64,000 bases of DNA from Verrucomicrobiota bacterium (GTDB taxonomy: Bacteria > Verrucomicrobiota > Verrucomicrobiia > Limisphaerales > JANNEF01), in assembly GCA_031378375.1 (NCBI GenBank), contig JANNEF010000313.1:3893-67892 (forward strand), read 5' to 3'. The translations under genes and the position numbers were made by a program. This document shows positions 1 through 8,898 of the stretch, in pieces. How positions within the stretch are numbered: the stretch's first letter is position 1; every line of letters starts with the position of its first letter. Under the pieces are notes generated by a model. That model searched no databases and had not been told where the DNA came from. It worked only from the letters and a program-made list of their open reading frames with translations.

Positions 1-120
1 GTGATGAACAGGACCATTGCCAGCAGACGAATCATGCGTTCTGGATACCAAAGGGCCGGCCGCAAAGGAAGGAAATTTCACGCCATCTCGCTGACTTTCG
101 GATGCGGTTCGGCAAGCGTC

Positions 121-588
121 TCAATATGGAATCTTGTCCTGCTTGCGCCGCCATTCGTCGAAAGCCGCCACCGCCGGATCGCGCAGGAGTTGTTCGCTGG
201 GCAGCCGGCGTTCGCGGGGCGGCAACGGAATCTCCCGGTAAATCAATTCATCATCAAACCCCGCCGCCGCCGCGTCCTGTCGTGTGGCTGCGTAAAACAG
301 CTTGCCGACGCGCGCCCAGTAGATCGCGCTCAGGCACATCGGGCACGGCTCACAACTGGAGTAGAGTTCGCACTCCGCCAGTTGGAAGTTGCCCAGCCGG
401 CGGCACGCCTCGCGCAGCGCGACGATCTCGGCGTGTGCGGTGGGATCGTTCGTCGAGGTCACCTGATTCCAGCCGCGCCCGATGATTTCGCCGGCCCGCA
501 CCACCACCGCGCCAAACGGTCCGCCCTGGCCCGCGCGCATTTTTTCGACGGAGAGGCGGATGGCCTCGCGCATGAATGCTTCGTTCAT
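121..588 (-). CDS. CDA-fold zinc deaminase, guanine deaminase (GuaD)-like
   Basis: 155 aa. HAE zinc/catalytic motif (TAHAEIVALR) and CEPCPMC zinc ligands. The GFDDELIY tail resembles Bacillus-type guanine deaminase (from memory). The ATG overlaps the stop of the upstream GNAT gene. Confidence 0.85.
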   Translation of the reverse strand: MNEAFMREAIRLSVEKMRAGQGGPFGAVVVRAGEIIGRGWNQVTSTNDPTAHAEIVALREACRRLGNFQLAECELYSSCEPCPMCLSAIYWARVGKLFYAATRQDAAAAGFDDELIYREIPLPPRERRLPSEQLLRDPAVAAFDEWRRKQDKIPY

Positions 589-1151
589 AATTCCACGTCT
601 CCCGGGATCAAAGAAAACATCACCGCGTCATGAAGCTGGCCGTGTTGGCGGATGCCGTTTCGCAGCACGCCTTCGCGTTTCGCCCCGGCCTTTTCCGCCA
701 CGCGCTGGCTGGCGAGGTTTTCCACCGCCGCCACGATTTCCAACCGGGTGAAGCCCAGTTCCTTCATTCCAAACCGCGCCGCCAGCCGTGTCGCCGCGCT
801 GGCGAACCCGCGCCTGGTGCGGCTGCTTCTCACCCAGTAGCCGACGTTGGCGAGGTTATGCACGCGGTTGATAAAATTCAGACCGACGCCACCGATGAAC
901 TCCCCGCCCGACTGCTCCGTAATTACGAAGCAATAGTGCTCGCCCTTCTCCCAGTCCGCGTCGCGCGATTGCACGAAGGCCGAACTGTCCGCCATCGAAT
1001 AATCCGGATGACACCATGGCAGCCAGCACGACAGGTCGCCGACCGATTCACGCACGGCCGCAAATAACAATGGCGCGTCGTCCGGGAGATAGCGCCGGAT
1101 GCACACCCGGCCCTCGGCGAATGTCGTCTTGAGTTGCTCTTCGGAATTCAT
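585..1151 (-). CDS. GNAT family N-acetyltransferase (RimJ/RimL-like)
   Basis: 188 aa. Acetyl-CoA binding-type segment VGYWVRSSRTRRGFASAATRLAARFG, and C-terminal ENLASQRVAEKAGAKREG typical of RimJ/RimL-type GNATs. Confidence 0.8.
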   Translation of the reverse strand: MNSEEQLKTTFAEGRVCIRRYLPDDAPLLFAAVRESVGDLSCWLPWCHPDYSMADSSAFVQSRDADWEKGEHYCFVITEQSGGEFIGGVGLNFINRVHNLANVGYWVRSSRTRRGFASAATRLAARFGMKELGFTRLEIVAAVENLASQRVAEKAGAKREGVLRNGIRQHGQLHDAVMFSLIPGDVEL

Positions 1152-1260
1152 GCGGGACGGCGGAAAGTCTCACCGCCGCGCCGGCCCGGCGCAAAACAAA
1201 TTTCCCGCAGCCTTTGACAATCTGAAATCGCGGTGCGACTTCTGCGCGATTTCGCGTGCG

Positions 1261-2265
1261 TCATTGGCTGATGCCGGCGTTCCGCGATTTCCATTGCACG
1301 CGGTGCAACTCAAACCGCGCCGGTTCCCGCGCCGCCGCGTCCAGTTCCACCGTGTAGAAGCCGCCGTCCTTGAGCAGTTCGATCCCCGTGAGTGACGGGC
1401 AGAGCCGCACGTTGAATGGCTTCCAGTGCCGTGCTTCGTTCAGCGCCGCCGTCAACCGCCGCGCCGTCGGACCTAGCCGTTCGAGCCGCGGCATCCCCGC
1501 CAGCAGGCGGCTCTTCCACAATAGCAGCGGCGTGTGCAGGTGCCCGATGATCGTTTGCTCCACCTGCGGCAATTTGCGGCGCACCGCCTCTTCGCGCAGC
1601 AGGAACGGCAGCGCCGTCGGGTCGTGACAGAAAAGCAGCACGCGCTGCTCCGGCCGCAAAGCGTCAAACGCCCGCGCCACCTCCGCAAGGTGCTCCTCGC
1701 GCAAGCACCGCCATTCCGCGCGCTCCTCCGGCAGCGTCTCCGGTTCGTAAACCGGCAGCGCCACCACCGTCGAGACCAGGCCGATCAAAACATAGTTGCC
1801 AAGCGTCACCTGCCAGAACGGTGGCAGGCCCAGTTCCCTCACCGCGCGGTGATAGCTGGAAAGCCGGGGGCCGCCCAGTTCCGCGCCCAGTTTCATCTTG
1901 CCCAACTCGTGATCGCCGAAGCTGGCCTGGAAGTTCGGGCTGAATTTCCCGCGCAGTTTCGCCAGGCATTCCGCCGCGCTCGCGCACGCCGCGTCGTCGC
2001 TCACGCCCACGAACGCGGAGTCGCATGAGTAATCGCCGTTGGCCACGACGAAATCCGGCGCGGGCGTCTGCTCCAGGAACTGGTCGAGCAGATGGTTGTG
2101 CGCGAAGGGATCGCGCAGCCAGATGAAGCGCCGGTACGCCCGCAGGAGCGCGCGCGCCAGGGGGCGCTGCATGCCCGCCAGCGTGTAATCCCCCCGCAGC
2201 CGCTCCGCCGCGCCGGCGTAATGCACGTCGCTGACAATCGCCACGCGAAAGGACGGCTGCCGCAT
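1261..2265 (-). CDS. calcineurin-like metallophosphoesterase
   Basis: 334 aa. Metallophosphoesterase signature blocks in order: VSDVHY, GDYSCD, GDHELG, CHDP, GHLH. Confidence 0.75.
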   Translation of the reverse strand: MRQPSFRVAIVSDVHYAGAAERLRGDYTLAGMQRPLARALLRAYRRFIWLRDPFAHNHLLDQFLEQTPAPDFVVANGDYSCDSAFVGVSDDAACASAAECLAKLRGKFSPNFQASFGDHELGKMKLGAELGGPRLSSYHRAVRELGLPPFWQVTLGNYVLIGLVSTVVALPVYEPETLPEERAEWRCLREEHLAEVARAFDALRPEQRVLLFCHDPTALPFLLREEAVRRKLPQVEQTIIGHLHTPLLLWKSRLLAGMPRLERLGPTARRLTAALNEARHWKPFNVRLCPSLTGIELLKDGGFYTVELDAAAREPARFELHRVQWKSRNAGISQ

Positions 2266-2266
2266 T

Positions 2267-3595
2267 TCACGTTCCCCGCCGGGCCGCCAGCCGGCGGTAT
2301 TTGGCCTGCGCCCAGCTTTGCCATTCGATCTTCTTCAGGTTGCGCGCGGCGGGGTCCTTCCACGCGCCGGCGGCCAGCGCGAGCGCCTCCGTCTCGGTGA
2401 GTGGCATGCGACCCAGTTCCGCCAGATCGGCGGGCGGCAGGCCGCGGGCGATGATGTTCCGCCAGGCCGACTGCAACTCGGCGTGCGTGTCCACCAGCAG
2501 CGCGCCGACGAGCGCGGCGACGACTTCGCGCCGCGCGCGGCTGAGTTTGGCGTCGTAGCGGAAGGTGGTTTTCAACTCGAAGGGCGAGAACTCGATGTTG
2601 CTCACGCCGCGAAACCGCTCGTAGAAATCGGGCCGCACGGACATGCGCTCGATGGAATGCCGGCGCGGCCCGTCGGGATGGCCGCGCGGCAGGAACCACA
2701 GCTTCTGCCCGTCCTCGGAAAGCACGTAGTCCACGAAGCGCCGCGCTGTGGCGAGGTTCGGAGCGCCCTTGAGGATGGCGATGCCGTCGGGGTTCACCGC
2801 CGTGAAATCCTGCGGCAGCGCGAAGGTCATGTTCGTGCGCCCCGCCACGGCGACCTGCGTGAAGCCGTAGAAATCAATCGCAAAGGCGTAGGCCGTTTCA
2901 CCGAGGGTCACATCCTTGGCGGTGCTGCTGGAGACGCGGTCGAACTTGCGCACGTTGCCGCCGATTTGCGCGAGCACCTGCCAGGCGCGCTCCCAGCCAT
3001 AGAACTGGAGGAACGCCTCGAACATCACGTTCATCGTGCCGCTGTTGCGCGGGTCGCCCGCGCCGACCCAGTTGAAGAGTTGCGGCTGCGCCAGTTCCTC
3101 CCAGCGCTGCACCAGCGGCAGGCCGACGATGCGCTGCACGCGCGTGTTCTGCAAAATGCCGAAGCTCGACAGCGCCGCGCCGAACCAGGTGTGGTTCGGA
3201 TCATAAACTTCCACGCCGTTCGCCGTCAGCGGAATGCCTGCGAGCAACTCAGCGGGCGGGTCGTAACGCTGCGAAAGTTTCTTGTCCGCGAGCAACAGGA
3301 ACGGCTCCTGGCCGCCGCCGAAGAAGCAGTCAATGCCGATGCCATCGGGCTTGCTGGTGAACTCCGACTGCACGAAGCGCAGCGCGTCCGCCGTGCCGCC
3401 GGTGTCGCGCCACTCGACCTCCGCCGCTACGCCGAACTGCGCCAGATGCCACCGCGCGAAGCCGCCGCCGAACTCGTGCCGGATGGCGTCCACATGCGGC
3501 GTGAGGATGATGACGCGCGGCGCGGCGCAGAGCGCGAGGGGGATGAGCAGCGTGGCGAGCCACAAACTTCCGACGCGGGAAGGTGCAAACTTCAT
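2267..3595 (-). CDS. ABC transporter periplasmic substrate-binding protein (family-1 SBP fold)
   Basis: The ORF track gives 2267..4321. I trimmed it to the ATG at 3595, which yields a signal peptide ([24 protein letters not shown]). The upstream extension is Arg/Gly-rich and overlaps purH. SBP-like sequence throughout; ligand not assignable. Confidence 0.65.
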   Translation of the reverse strand: MKFAPSRVGSLWLATLLIPLALCAAPRVIILTPHVDAIRHEFGGGFARWHLAQFGVAAEVEWRDTGGTADALRFVQSEFTSKPDGIGIDCFFGGGQEPFLLLADKKLSQRYDPPAELLAGIPLTANGVEVYDPNHTWFGAALSSFGILQNTRVQRIVGLPLVQRWEELAQPQLFNWVGAGDPRNSGTMNVMFEAFLQFYGWERAWQVLAQIGGNVRKFDRVSSSTAKDVTLGETAYAFAIDFYGFTQVAVAGRTNMTFALPQDFTAVNPDGIAILKGAPNLATARRFVDYVLSEDGQKLWFLPRGHPDGPRRHSIERMSVRPDFYERFRGVSNIEFSPFELKTTFRYDAKLSRARREVVAALVGALLVDTHAELQSAWRNIIARGLPPADLAELGRMPLTETEALALAAGAWKDPAARNLKKIEWQSWAQAKYRRLAARRGT

Positions 3596-3603
3596 GTTCG
3601 ACC

Positions 3604-5175
3604 TCAATGCCGGAAATGCCGCACGCCGGTGAACACCATCGCCACGCCGTGCTCGTCCGCAGCGGCGATCACCTCGGCGTCGCGCATCGAGCCGCCCGGT
3701 TGAATCGCGGCGGTCGCGCCGGCTTTGGCGGCGGCGATCAGCCCGTCGGGAAACGGGAAGAAGGCGTCGCTGCACACCACGCTGCCCGCCAGCGAAAGGC
3801 CGGCCTCGCCCGCCTTCCACACGGCGATGCGGCTGGAGTCCACGCGGCTCATCTGCCCCGCGCCGATACCGAGCGTGCGGTCGGGGCCGGCATAGACGAT
3901 GGCGTTGGATTTGATGTGCTTCACCACGCGCCAGCCGAAGAGCATCGCCTGCATCTCGGCGGGCGTGGGCGGGCGCTTGCTCACCACCTTGAGGTCCGCC
4001 ACGCCGACGCTCTTCAAATCGCGCTCCTGCATCAGAAAGGATTCCGCGCCGACGCTGCGCACTTCCAGCGGCGACGCGTTGAGCGGGCTTTGGAGAATCT
4101 TCAGCAGGCGCAGGTTCTTCTTCTTCTGCAACAACGCCGCCGCGTCCGGCGTGAAGTCCGGCGCGACGATGACCTCGCTGAAAATCTCCGCGATGGCCTC
4201 GGCCACCGGCAGGTCGAGCGTGCGGTTCACGGCGATGATGCCGCCAAAGGGCGCCTGCTTGTCCGTGGCGAACGCGCGCTCCCACGCCTCGCGCAAGGTG
4301 TCGCCCTGCCCGACGCCGCACGGGTTGGTGTGCTTGAGGATGGCGAGCGTCGGGCGGTCGTTGACGAATTCGGCGATGAGTTGCGCCGCCGCCGTGAGGT
4401 CCAGAATGTTGTTATACGAAAGCTCCTTGCCGTGAAGCTGCCGGAAGAACTCGTGGAAGCGCCCGTAGAGCGCGGCGCGCTGGTGCGGATTTTCCCCGTA
4501 CCGCAACGGCTGAACGCGCGACGCCTGGACGGCGAGCGACGCGGGTAGTTCGGTTGCCGCCGACGCCAGGGCAGGGGAGGGGGCGCCAAAAATTTTGCCC
4601 AGATACGCGGCAATGCCGGCGTCGTAAGCGGACGTGCGGGCGAAGACGCGCGCGGCCAGTTGCCGGCGCAGTTGGAGCGTGGTGCCGCCTGCGGCCTGGA
4701 CCTGCGCGGCGACTTCGGCGTAGTCCGCCGGGTCCACGATGACGGTGACGCTCTCGTGGTTCTTGGCCGCGCTGCGCAGCATGGAAGGGCCGCCAATGTC
4801 AATGTTCTCAATCGCTTCCTCCAGCGTGACGCCGGGCCGGGCGACGGTTTGCTCGAAGGGATAGAGGTTCACCACCACGAGATCAATGGGCGCGATGCCG
4901 TGCGCTTTGACGGCGGCCTCGTGCGTCGCGTTGCCGCGAATGTAAAGCAGTCCGCCGTGAATCTTCGGGTGCAGCGTCTTCACGCGGCCATCGAGCATTT
5001 CGGGAAAGCCGGTGTGCGCGCTCAAATCCGTGACGGTCAATCCGCCGTCGCGCAGCGCCTTCGCGGTTCCGCCGGTCGAGATGAGTTCAACGCCCGCCGC
5101 GGCCAGCGTCTGGGCGAAGGGCAGCAGGCCGGTCTTGTCGAAAACAGAAAGGAGCGCGCGTTGAATCTTTGCCAT
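3604..5175 (-). CDS. purH: bifunctional AICAR transformylase / IMP cyclohydrolase
   Basis: Canonical PurH N-terminus [17 protein letters not shown]...GGTAKAL...[13 protein letters not shown] and C-terminal QPGGSMRD motif. Start moved to the ATG at 5175 (the MAKIQ start). Confidence 0.95.
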   Translation of the reverse strand: MAKIQRALLSVFDKTGLLPFAQTLAAAGVELISTGGTAKALRDGGLTVTDLSAHTGFPEMLDGRVKTLHPKIHGGLLYIRGNATHEAAVKAHGIAPIDLVVVNLYPFEQTVARPGVTLEEAIENIDIGGPSMLRSAAKNHESVTVIVDPADYAEVAAQVQAAGGTTLQLRRQLAARVFARTSAYDAGIAAYLGKIFGAPSPALASAATELPASLAVQASRVQPLRYGENPHQRAALYGRFHEFFRQLHGKELSYNNILDLTAAAQLIAEFVNDRPTLAILKHTNPCGVGQGDTLREAWERAFATDKQAPFGGIIAVNRTLDLPVAEAIAEIFSEVIVAPDFTPDAAALLQKKKNLRLLKILQSPLNASPLEVRSVGAESFLMQERDLKSVGVADLKVVSKRPPTPAEMQAMLFGWRVVKHIKSNAIVYAGPDRTLGIGAGQMSRVDSSRIAVWKAGEAGLSLAGSVVCSDAFFPFPDGLIAAAKAGATAAIQPGGSMRDAEVIAAADEHGVAMVFTGVRHFRH

Positions 5176-5254
5176 AAAAAATTGAGGCGCAAAAATCCCC
5201 GGTGGGTTCGGCGGAGTCAACGGTAGAATCGGAGCGTGAGGCGGGGCAGGGAAC

Positions 5255-5389
5255 CAGTAGTCAGTAGTCAGTAGTCAGTAGTCAGTAGTCAGTAGTCAGT
5301 AGTCAGTAGTCAGTAGTCAGTAGTCAGTAGTCAGTAGTCAGTAGTCAGTAGTCAGTAGTCAGTAGTCAGTAGTCAGTAGGTCAGTAGGT
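5255..5389. repeat. heptanucleotide microsatellite: (CAGTAGT)x17 perfect, then 2x CAGTAGGT
   Basis: Counted directly. 17 uninterrupted 7-nt units span 5255-5373, followed by two 8-nt variants at 5374-5389. Located in the purH/phoU intergenic region. Confidence 0.97.
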
Positions 5390-5423
5390 CAGTGAACCCG
5401 CGCCGGCACCCGTCGCACCGCCG

Positions 5424-5464
5424 TCCCCACTGGTTCACTGGTTACTGACCTACTGATTACTGAT
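5424..5464 (+). repeat. ACTGA-type heptamer arm (reverse complement of the CAGTAGT family); right arm of an imperfect inverted repeat
   Basis: tccccactggttcactggttactgacctactgattactgat. It is complementary to ...gtcagtaggtcagtgaacc at 5380-5398 across a GC-rich ~25-35-nt spacer. Confidence 0.8.
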
Positions 5465-5531
5465 CTGGGCCGCGCGTTCGCCCGGCGGGCGGGAACTTTG
5501 CAATTTCCTTTCGCGCCGCTTTGGGTTTTCC

Positions 5532-6239
5532 TTGGGGCAACGAATTTTTATCGCTGTGCCCGCTCATCTGGAAACTGAACTTGCTGCGTTGAAGGAAAAC
5601 TTGATCGTCATGGCCAGCCATGCCGAGGCGGCGGTCAATCGCGCCGTCAAGGCGCTCATCAAACGCGATGACGATCTCGCCCGGCAGACCAAGGAGGAGG
5701 ACAGCGTGATTGACCGGCTGGAGATCGAGATTGACGAGGCGGCCATCGCCTTGTTGAGCCATCAGCCGGCGGCGACGGACGTGCGGCTCATCACGATGAC
5801 GATGAAGATCGCGCACGACCTGGAGCGCGTGGGCGACGAGGCGACGACGATTTCGCGGCGTTGCCTGGCCTTGAGCCGCGAGCCGCAGCTCAAGCAGGCC
5901 GCCAGCATCCCGCGCATGGCGGCGCTGGCGGTGCAGATGTTGAAGGACGCGCTGGATGCTTTCGTCCACCGCGACCCGGCCCGGGCGCGCGCGGTGATCC
6001 CGCGTGACGAGGCGGTGGACGCGTTGAACAAGCAGATGCGCCGCGAGCTGGCGGCGTGCATGGCCGCGCAGCCCGCGACCATCGGGCGGTGCCTGGACTT
6101 GATGGTGATTTCCAAGAGCGTGGAGCGCATCGCCGACCACGCCACGAACATCGCCGAGGAAGTGGTTTACCTGTGCGAAGGGCGCGACATCCGCCATGGC
6201 GGCAAGAAGGCCAAGGCCGCCACGCCCGCCACGACTTGA
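5532..6239 (+). CDS. phoU: phosphate signalling complex protein PhoU
   Basis: 235 aa. Duplicated PhoU repeat with DLERVGDEA and SVERIADHATNIAE motifs. TTG start at 5532; GTG at 5556 is an alternative. Confidence 0.9.
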   Translation: MGQRIFIAVPAHLETELAALKENLIVMASHAEAAVNRAVKALIKRDDDLARQTKEEDSVIDRLEIEIDEAAIALLSHQPAATDVRLITMTMKIAHDLERVGDEATTISRRCLALSREPQLKQAASIPRMAALAVQMLKDALDAFVHRDPARARAVIPRDEAVDALNKQMRRELAACMAAQPATIGRCLDLMVISKSVERIADHATNIAEEVVYLCEGRDIRHGGKKAKAATPATT

Positions 6240-6249
6240 AGCTCCTGTT

Positions 6250-6933
6250 ATGAAACAAAAAATCCTCGTGGTGGATGATGAGCCGGATGCGGTCGAACTC
6301 ATCGCGTTCAACCTGAAGGCCGCCGGTTATGACGTGGTGACGGCCGACGACGGGGCGGTCGCGTTGAAGAAGGCGCGCGCGGTCCTGCCCGACCTCATCA
6401 TCCTGGACCTGATGTTGCCGGAGGTGGACGGGTTGGAGGTGTGCAAGATCCTCCGGCGCGATCCGCAGACTTCGGCGATCCCGATCCTGATGCTCACGGC
6501 GAAGGTGGCGGAGATTGACCGGGTGCTGGGGCTGGAACTGGGCGCGGATGATTATGTGACGAAGCCGTTCAGCCCGCGCGAGCTGGTGCTGCGCGCGAAG
6601 CGGTTGTTGCGCGGCGCGCAACCGGCCGAGGCGGTCCGCGACCACATCGTCTGGAAGGAATTGACCGTGGATGTTCCCAAACATCTGGTCACGGTGAAAG
6701 GCAAGCCGGTGGATCTGACGGTCACGGAGTTCAAGCTGCTGACCGTGCTGGTGCAGCGGCGCGGGCGCGTGCAGTCGCGCGATCAGTTGCTCCGCGACGT
6801 GTGGGATTACGAGAACGTGATGGACACGCGCACGGTGGACACGCACATGCGGCGCTTGCGCGAGAAGATCGGACCGGCGGCCAAATACCTGGATACGGTG
6901 CGCGGCGTGGGCTACCGCTTCGTCGAGGAGTGA
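6250..6933 (+). CDS. phoB: OmpR/PhoB-family response regulator
   Basis: MKQKILVVDDE...DLIILDLMLPEVDG...KPF receiver domain plus a winged-helix C-terminus (VDTHMRRLREKIG...VRGVGYRF). Lies between phoU and a PhoR-like kinase. ATG at 6250 chosen over the 6196 ORF start. Confidence 0.9.
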   Translation: MKQKILVVDDEPDAVELIAFNLKAAGYDVVTADDGAVALKKARAVLPDLIILDLMLPEVDGLEVCKILRRDPQTSAIPILMLTAKVAEIDRVLGLELGADDYVTKPFSPRELVLRAKRLLRGAQPAEAVRDHIVWKELTVDVPKHLVTVKGKPVDLTVTEFKLLTVLVQRRGRVQSRDQLLRDVWDYENVMDTRTVDTHMRRLREKIGPAAKYLDTVRGVGYRFVEE

Positions 6934-6950
6934 GGGCCGGAGACCAACCG

Positions 6951-8072
6951 ATGCGTGACGCGAACCAATCGGAGTGCGAGCGGTTGCGCGCGGAACTGGC
7001 CGCGTTGCGCGACCAGCACGAGCAGGCCACCGCGCAAATCCAGGCGCAACAGCAGGCGCTTTTCAACAGCATGGCCGAAGGCGTTCTCGTACTCGACGCC
7101 GCCGGGCGCATCCTGCTGGTCAACCAATCGCTCGAACGGCTCTTCCGCCTCACGTCGGACGTGCGGGGCCGCACCATCCTCGAAGCCTTCCGCCTGCGCG
7201 AACTGGCCGAACTCGCGGCCCGCCTCCAACAGGAACGCATGGTCAGCGGTTGTGAACTTGAACTGCCGGGCGTGGACGAACGCTGGCTGGAGGTCAACGC
7301 CGCCGCCGTGCTCGACCGCGCCGGCGCGCATCAGGGCGCGATCCTGGTGTTCCACGATCTGACGCGCCTCAAGCAACTGGAGAACACGCGGCGGGAATTC
7401 GTCGCCAACGTCAGCCACGAACTGCGCACGCCGCTCTCGCTCATCAAAGGCTTCGTGGAAACGCTGCTCGACGGCGCGAAGGACGACCCCGCCACCGCCA
7501 CGCGCTTCCTGCAAACCATCGAGAAGCACGCCGACCGCCTGACGTATCTCATCGAGGATTTGCTGACCATCTCCCGGCTGGAGAGCGGTCGCATCGTGTT
7601 GAACCTGCAACCCGTCGAGTTGCGCGCGGAAGCCCAGCGCGTGCTCGATGATCTCCAGGCACGCGCGGCGGAGAAACACATCACGCTGGAGAACCTGCTG
7701 CCCGCCGGCCTGTCCGCCCGCGCCGATGCGGACCGGCTCGAACAGGTGTTGTTCAACCTCGTCGAGAACGCCCTCAAGTACGGCGCGCCCGCGGGCCGGG
7801 TGCAACTCGGCGCGCGTGCGCGGGCGGAGGGCGGCGTCGAGTTGTGGGTGCGCGATGACGGGCCGGGCATCCCGGAGGAGGCGCGCGAGCGCATCTTCGA
7901 GCGGTTCTATCGCGTGGACCGCGCCCGCTCGCGCGAAACCGGCGGCACGGGGCTGGGGTTGGCCATCGTCAAGCACATCGTCCAGGCGCACGGCGGCGAA
8001 GTGTGGGTGAAGAGCGAACCGGGCCACGGCGCGACCTTCTATTTCACGCTGCCACAGTCGGGGCGGGGTTGA
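6951..8072 (+). CDS. phoR: PAS-domain sensor histidine kinase, PhoR-like, apparently soluble
   Basis: H-box FVANVSHELRTPL, N/G1/G2 boxes (NLVENALKYG, DDGPGIP, GGTGLGLAIVKH), an upstream PAS-like segment and an N-terminal coiled coil. No hydrophobic TM segment seen. ATG at 6951. Confidence 0.85.
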   Translation: MRDANQSECERLRAELAALRDQHEQATAQIQAQQQALFNSMAEGVLVLDAAGRILLVNQSLERLFRLTSDVRGRTILEAFRLRELAELAARLQQERMVSGCELELPGVDERWLEVNAAAVLDRAGAHQGAILVFHDLTRLKQLENTRREFVANVSHELRTPLSLIKGFVETLLDGAKDDPATATRFLQTIEKHADRLTYLIEDLLTISRLESGRIVLNLQPVELRAEAQRVLDDLQARAAEKHITLENLLPAGLSARADADRLEQVLFNLVENALKYGAPAGRVQLGARARAEGGVELWVRDDGPGIPEEARERIFERFYRVDRARSRETGGTGLGLAIVKHIVQAHGGEVWVKSEPGHGATFYFTLPQSGRG

Positions 8073-8139
8073 ACGGAAACAGCCAGCGACCGACGCCCCC
8101 GGTGTCAATTCCACGCCGCAAAATTCCCGGAAAACGCGC

Positions 8140-8168
8140 TTGCAATCAATCCCCGCTTCGCCATACTC
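8140..8168 (+). promoter_or_regulatory. possible sigma70-type promoter (TTGCAA-N17-ATACTC)
   Basis: TTGCAA at 8140-8145, a 17-nt spacer, then ATACTC at 8163-8168. Weak -10 element. It faces into an 826-bp gene-free gap. Confidence 0.25.
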
Positions 8169-8348
8169 GCCACGTTCTCCATAATGGTTTTGCGCAGGTG
8201 AAAAGGTCTTGCGCAGCGGGCAAGGGTGCGGCAGATGAACGATTCAAGTTTTCAATCTCCCAACGCCATCCAACCTCAACCGAGGTTTGGCGCAGCGCCA
8301 CCGACACGCCCGCACACTCCCGGCCTTCGCGCCCTGAACCGCCGGATG

Positions 8349-8410
8349 TTTGTAGTCCCACCTTTAGGCGGTTGGAGGGCCGTGATTCCGCCTGAAGGCG
8401 GGACTACAAA
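8349..8410. repeat. REP-like palindromic element (tttgtagtccc...gggactacaaa)
   Basis: 23-nt arms at 8349-8371 and 8388-8410 are near-complementary, with a 16-nt loop. Confidence 0.85.
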
Positions 8411-8432
8411 CGGCGAACCACCCAGCCAGACC

Positions 8433-8728
8433 GATGCTTTCGGTTCTGCCAACCCCATCCTGCCCGGACGGACTGCCACTTTCGGACCCGAAAGCCCCAT
8501 CCGGCTGAACAGGACCACCTCATTCGGTACCGAAAGCCAGTTCCGCCAGGTCAGAATGCCTCTTTCAGACCCGAAAGCCTCATTCCCCCTGGACCGGACG
8601 CCACTTTCGGACCCGAAAATGCCATTCCGCTTCACCGGAACGCCACTTACAGAACCGAAAATGCCATTCCGCCACGCCAGTCTGCCACCTTCGGCCATGA
8701 AAATCAGCACCTTACGCAAAAACCATGG
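8433..8728. repeat. degenerate ~42-bp tandem array (6-7 units), each with a TTTCGG-ac-CCGAAA-type palindromic core
   Basis: Unit anchors at 8476, 8516, 8559, 8601, 8643 and 8685, with a weaker one at 8433. Both cores and inter-core segments are homologous between units. Confidence 0.8.
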
Positions 8729-8821
8729 TTTTCGCACTTTCGATGTAAGTGAAAATGCTCAAAAAACGCCACTTTTCCCATCCCAACTTGAAACCAGAAA
8801 CTAGAAACCAGAAACTTCCCC

Positions 8822-8867
8822 TCCCCACTGACCGACTGACTCACTGATTACTGACCTACTGATTACT
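8822..8867 (+). repeat. ACTGA-type heptamer arm, second copy
   Basis: tccccactgaccgactgactcactgattactgacctactgattact. It shares both ends (tccccactg... and ...ttactgacctactgattact) with the element at 5424-5464. It ends 31 nt before the ATG at 8899. Confidence 0.85.
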
Positions 8868-8898
8868 TCCCACTCCAACCCTTAACTCCCAACTAAAA

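Noticed and set aside
2267-4321. 684-aa version of the substrate-binding protein ORF
   Set aside because: The upstream 242 codons are Arg/Gly/His-rich and lie antisense or out of frame across purH. An internal ATG at 3595 gives a proper signal peptide.
5255-5389. Heptamer tract as Pho boxes for PhoB
   Set aside because: The 7-nt unit CAGTAGT and its spacing do not resemble the 11-bp-phased CTGTCAT direct repeats of known Pho boxes. The same repeat family also occurs next to unrelated genes.
8433-8728. Possible CRISPR array
   Set aside because: The spacer segments are homologous to one another and the units are degenerate rather than exact. There are only about 6 units and no cas genes in the window.
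8226-8804. 192-aa plus-strand ORF and the 153-aa minus-strand ORF (8276..8737) covering the 42-bp array
   Set aside because: The repeat phase shifts relative to the reading frame (units of 40, 43 and 42 nt). The apparent 14-aa repeats are a by-product of DNA repeats. The ORFs also run through a REP palindrome. There is no start context or family resemblance.
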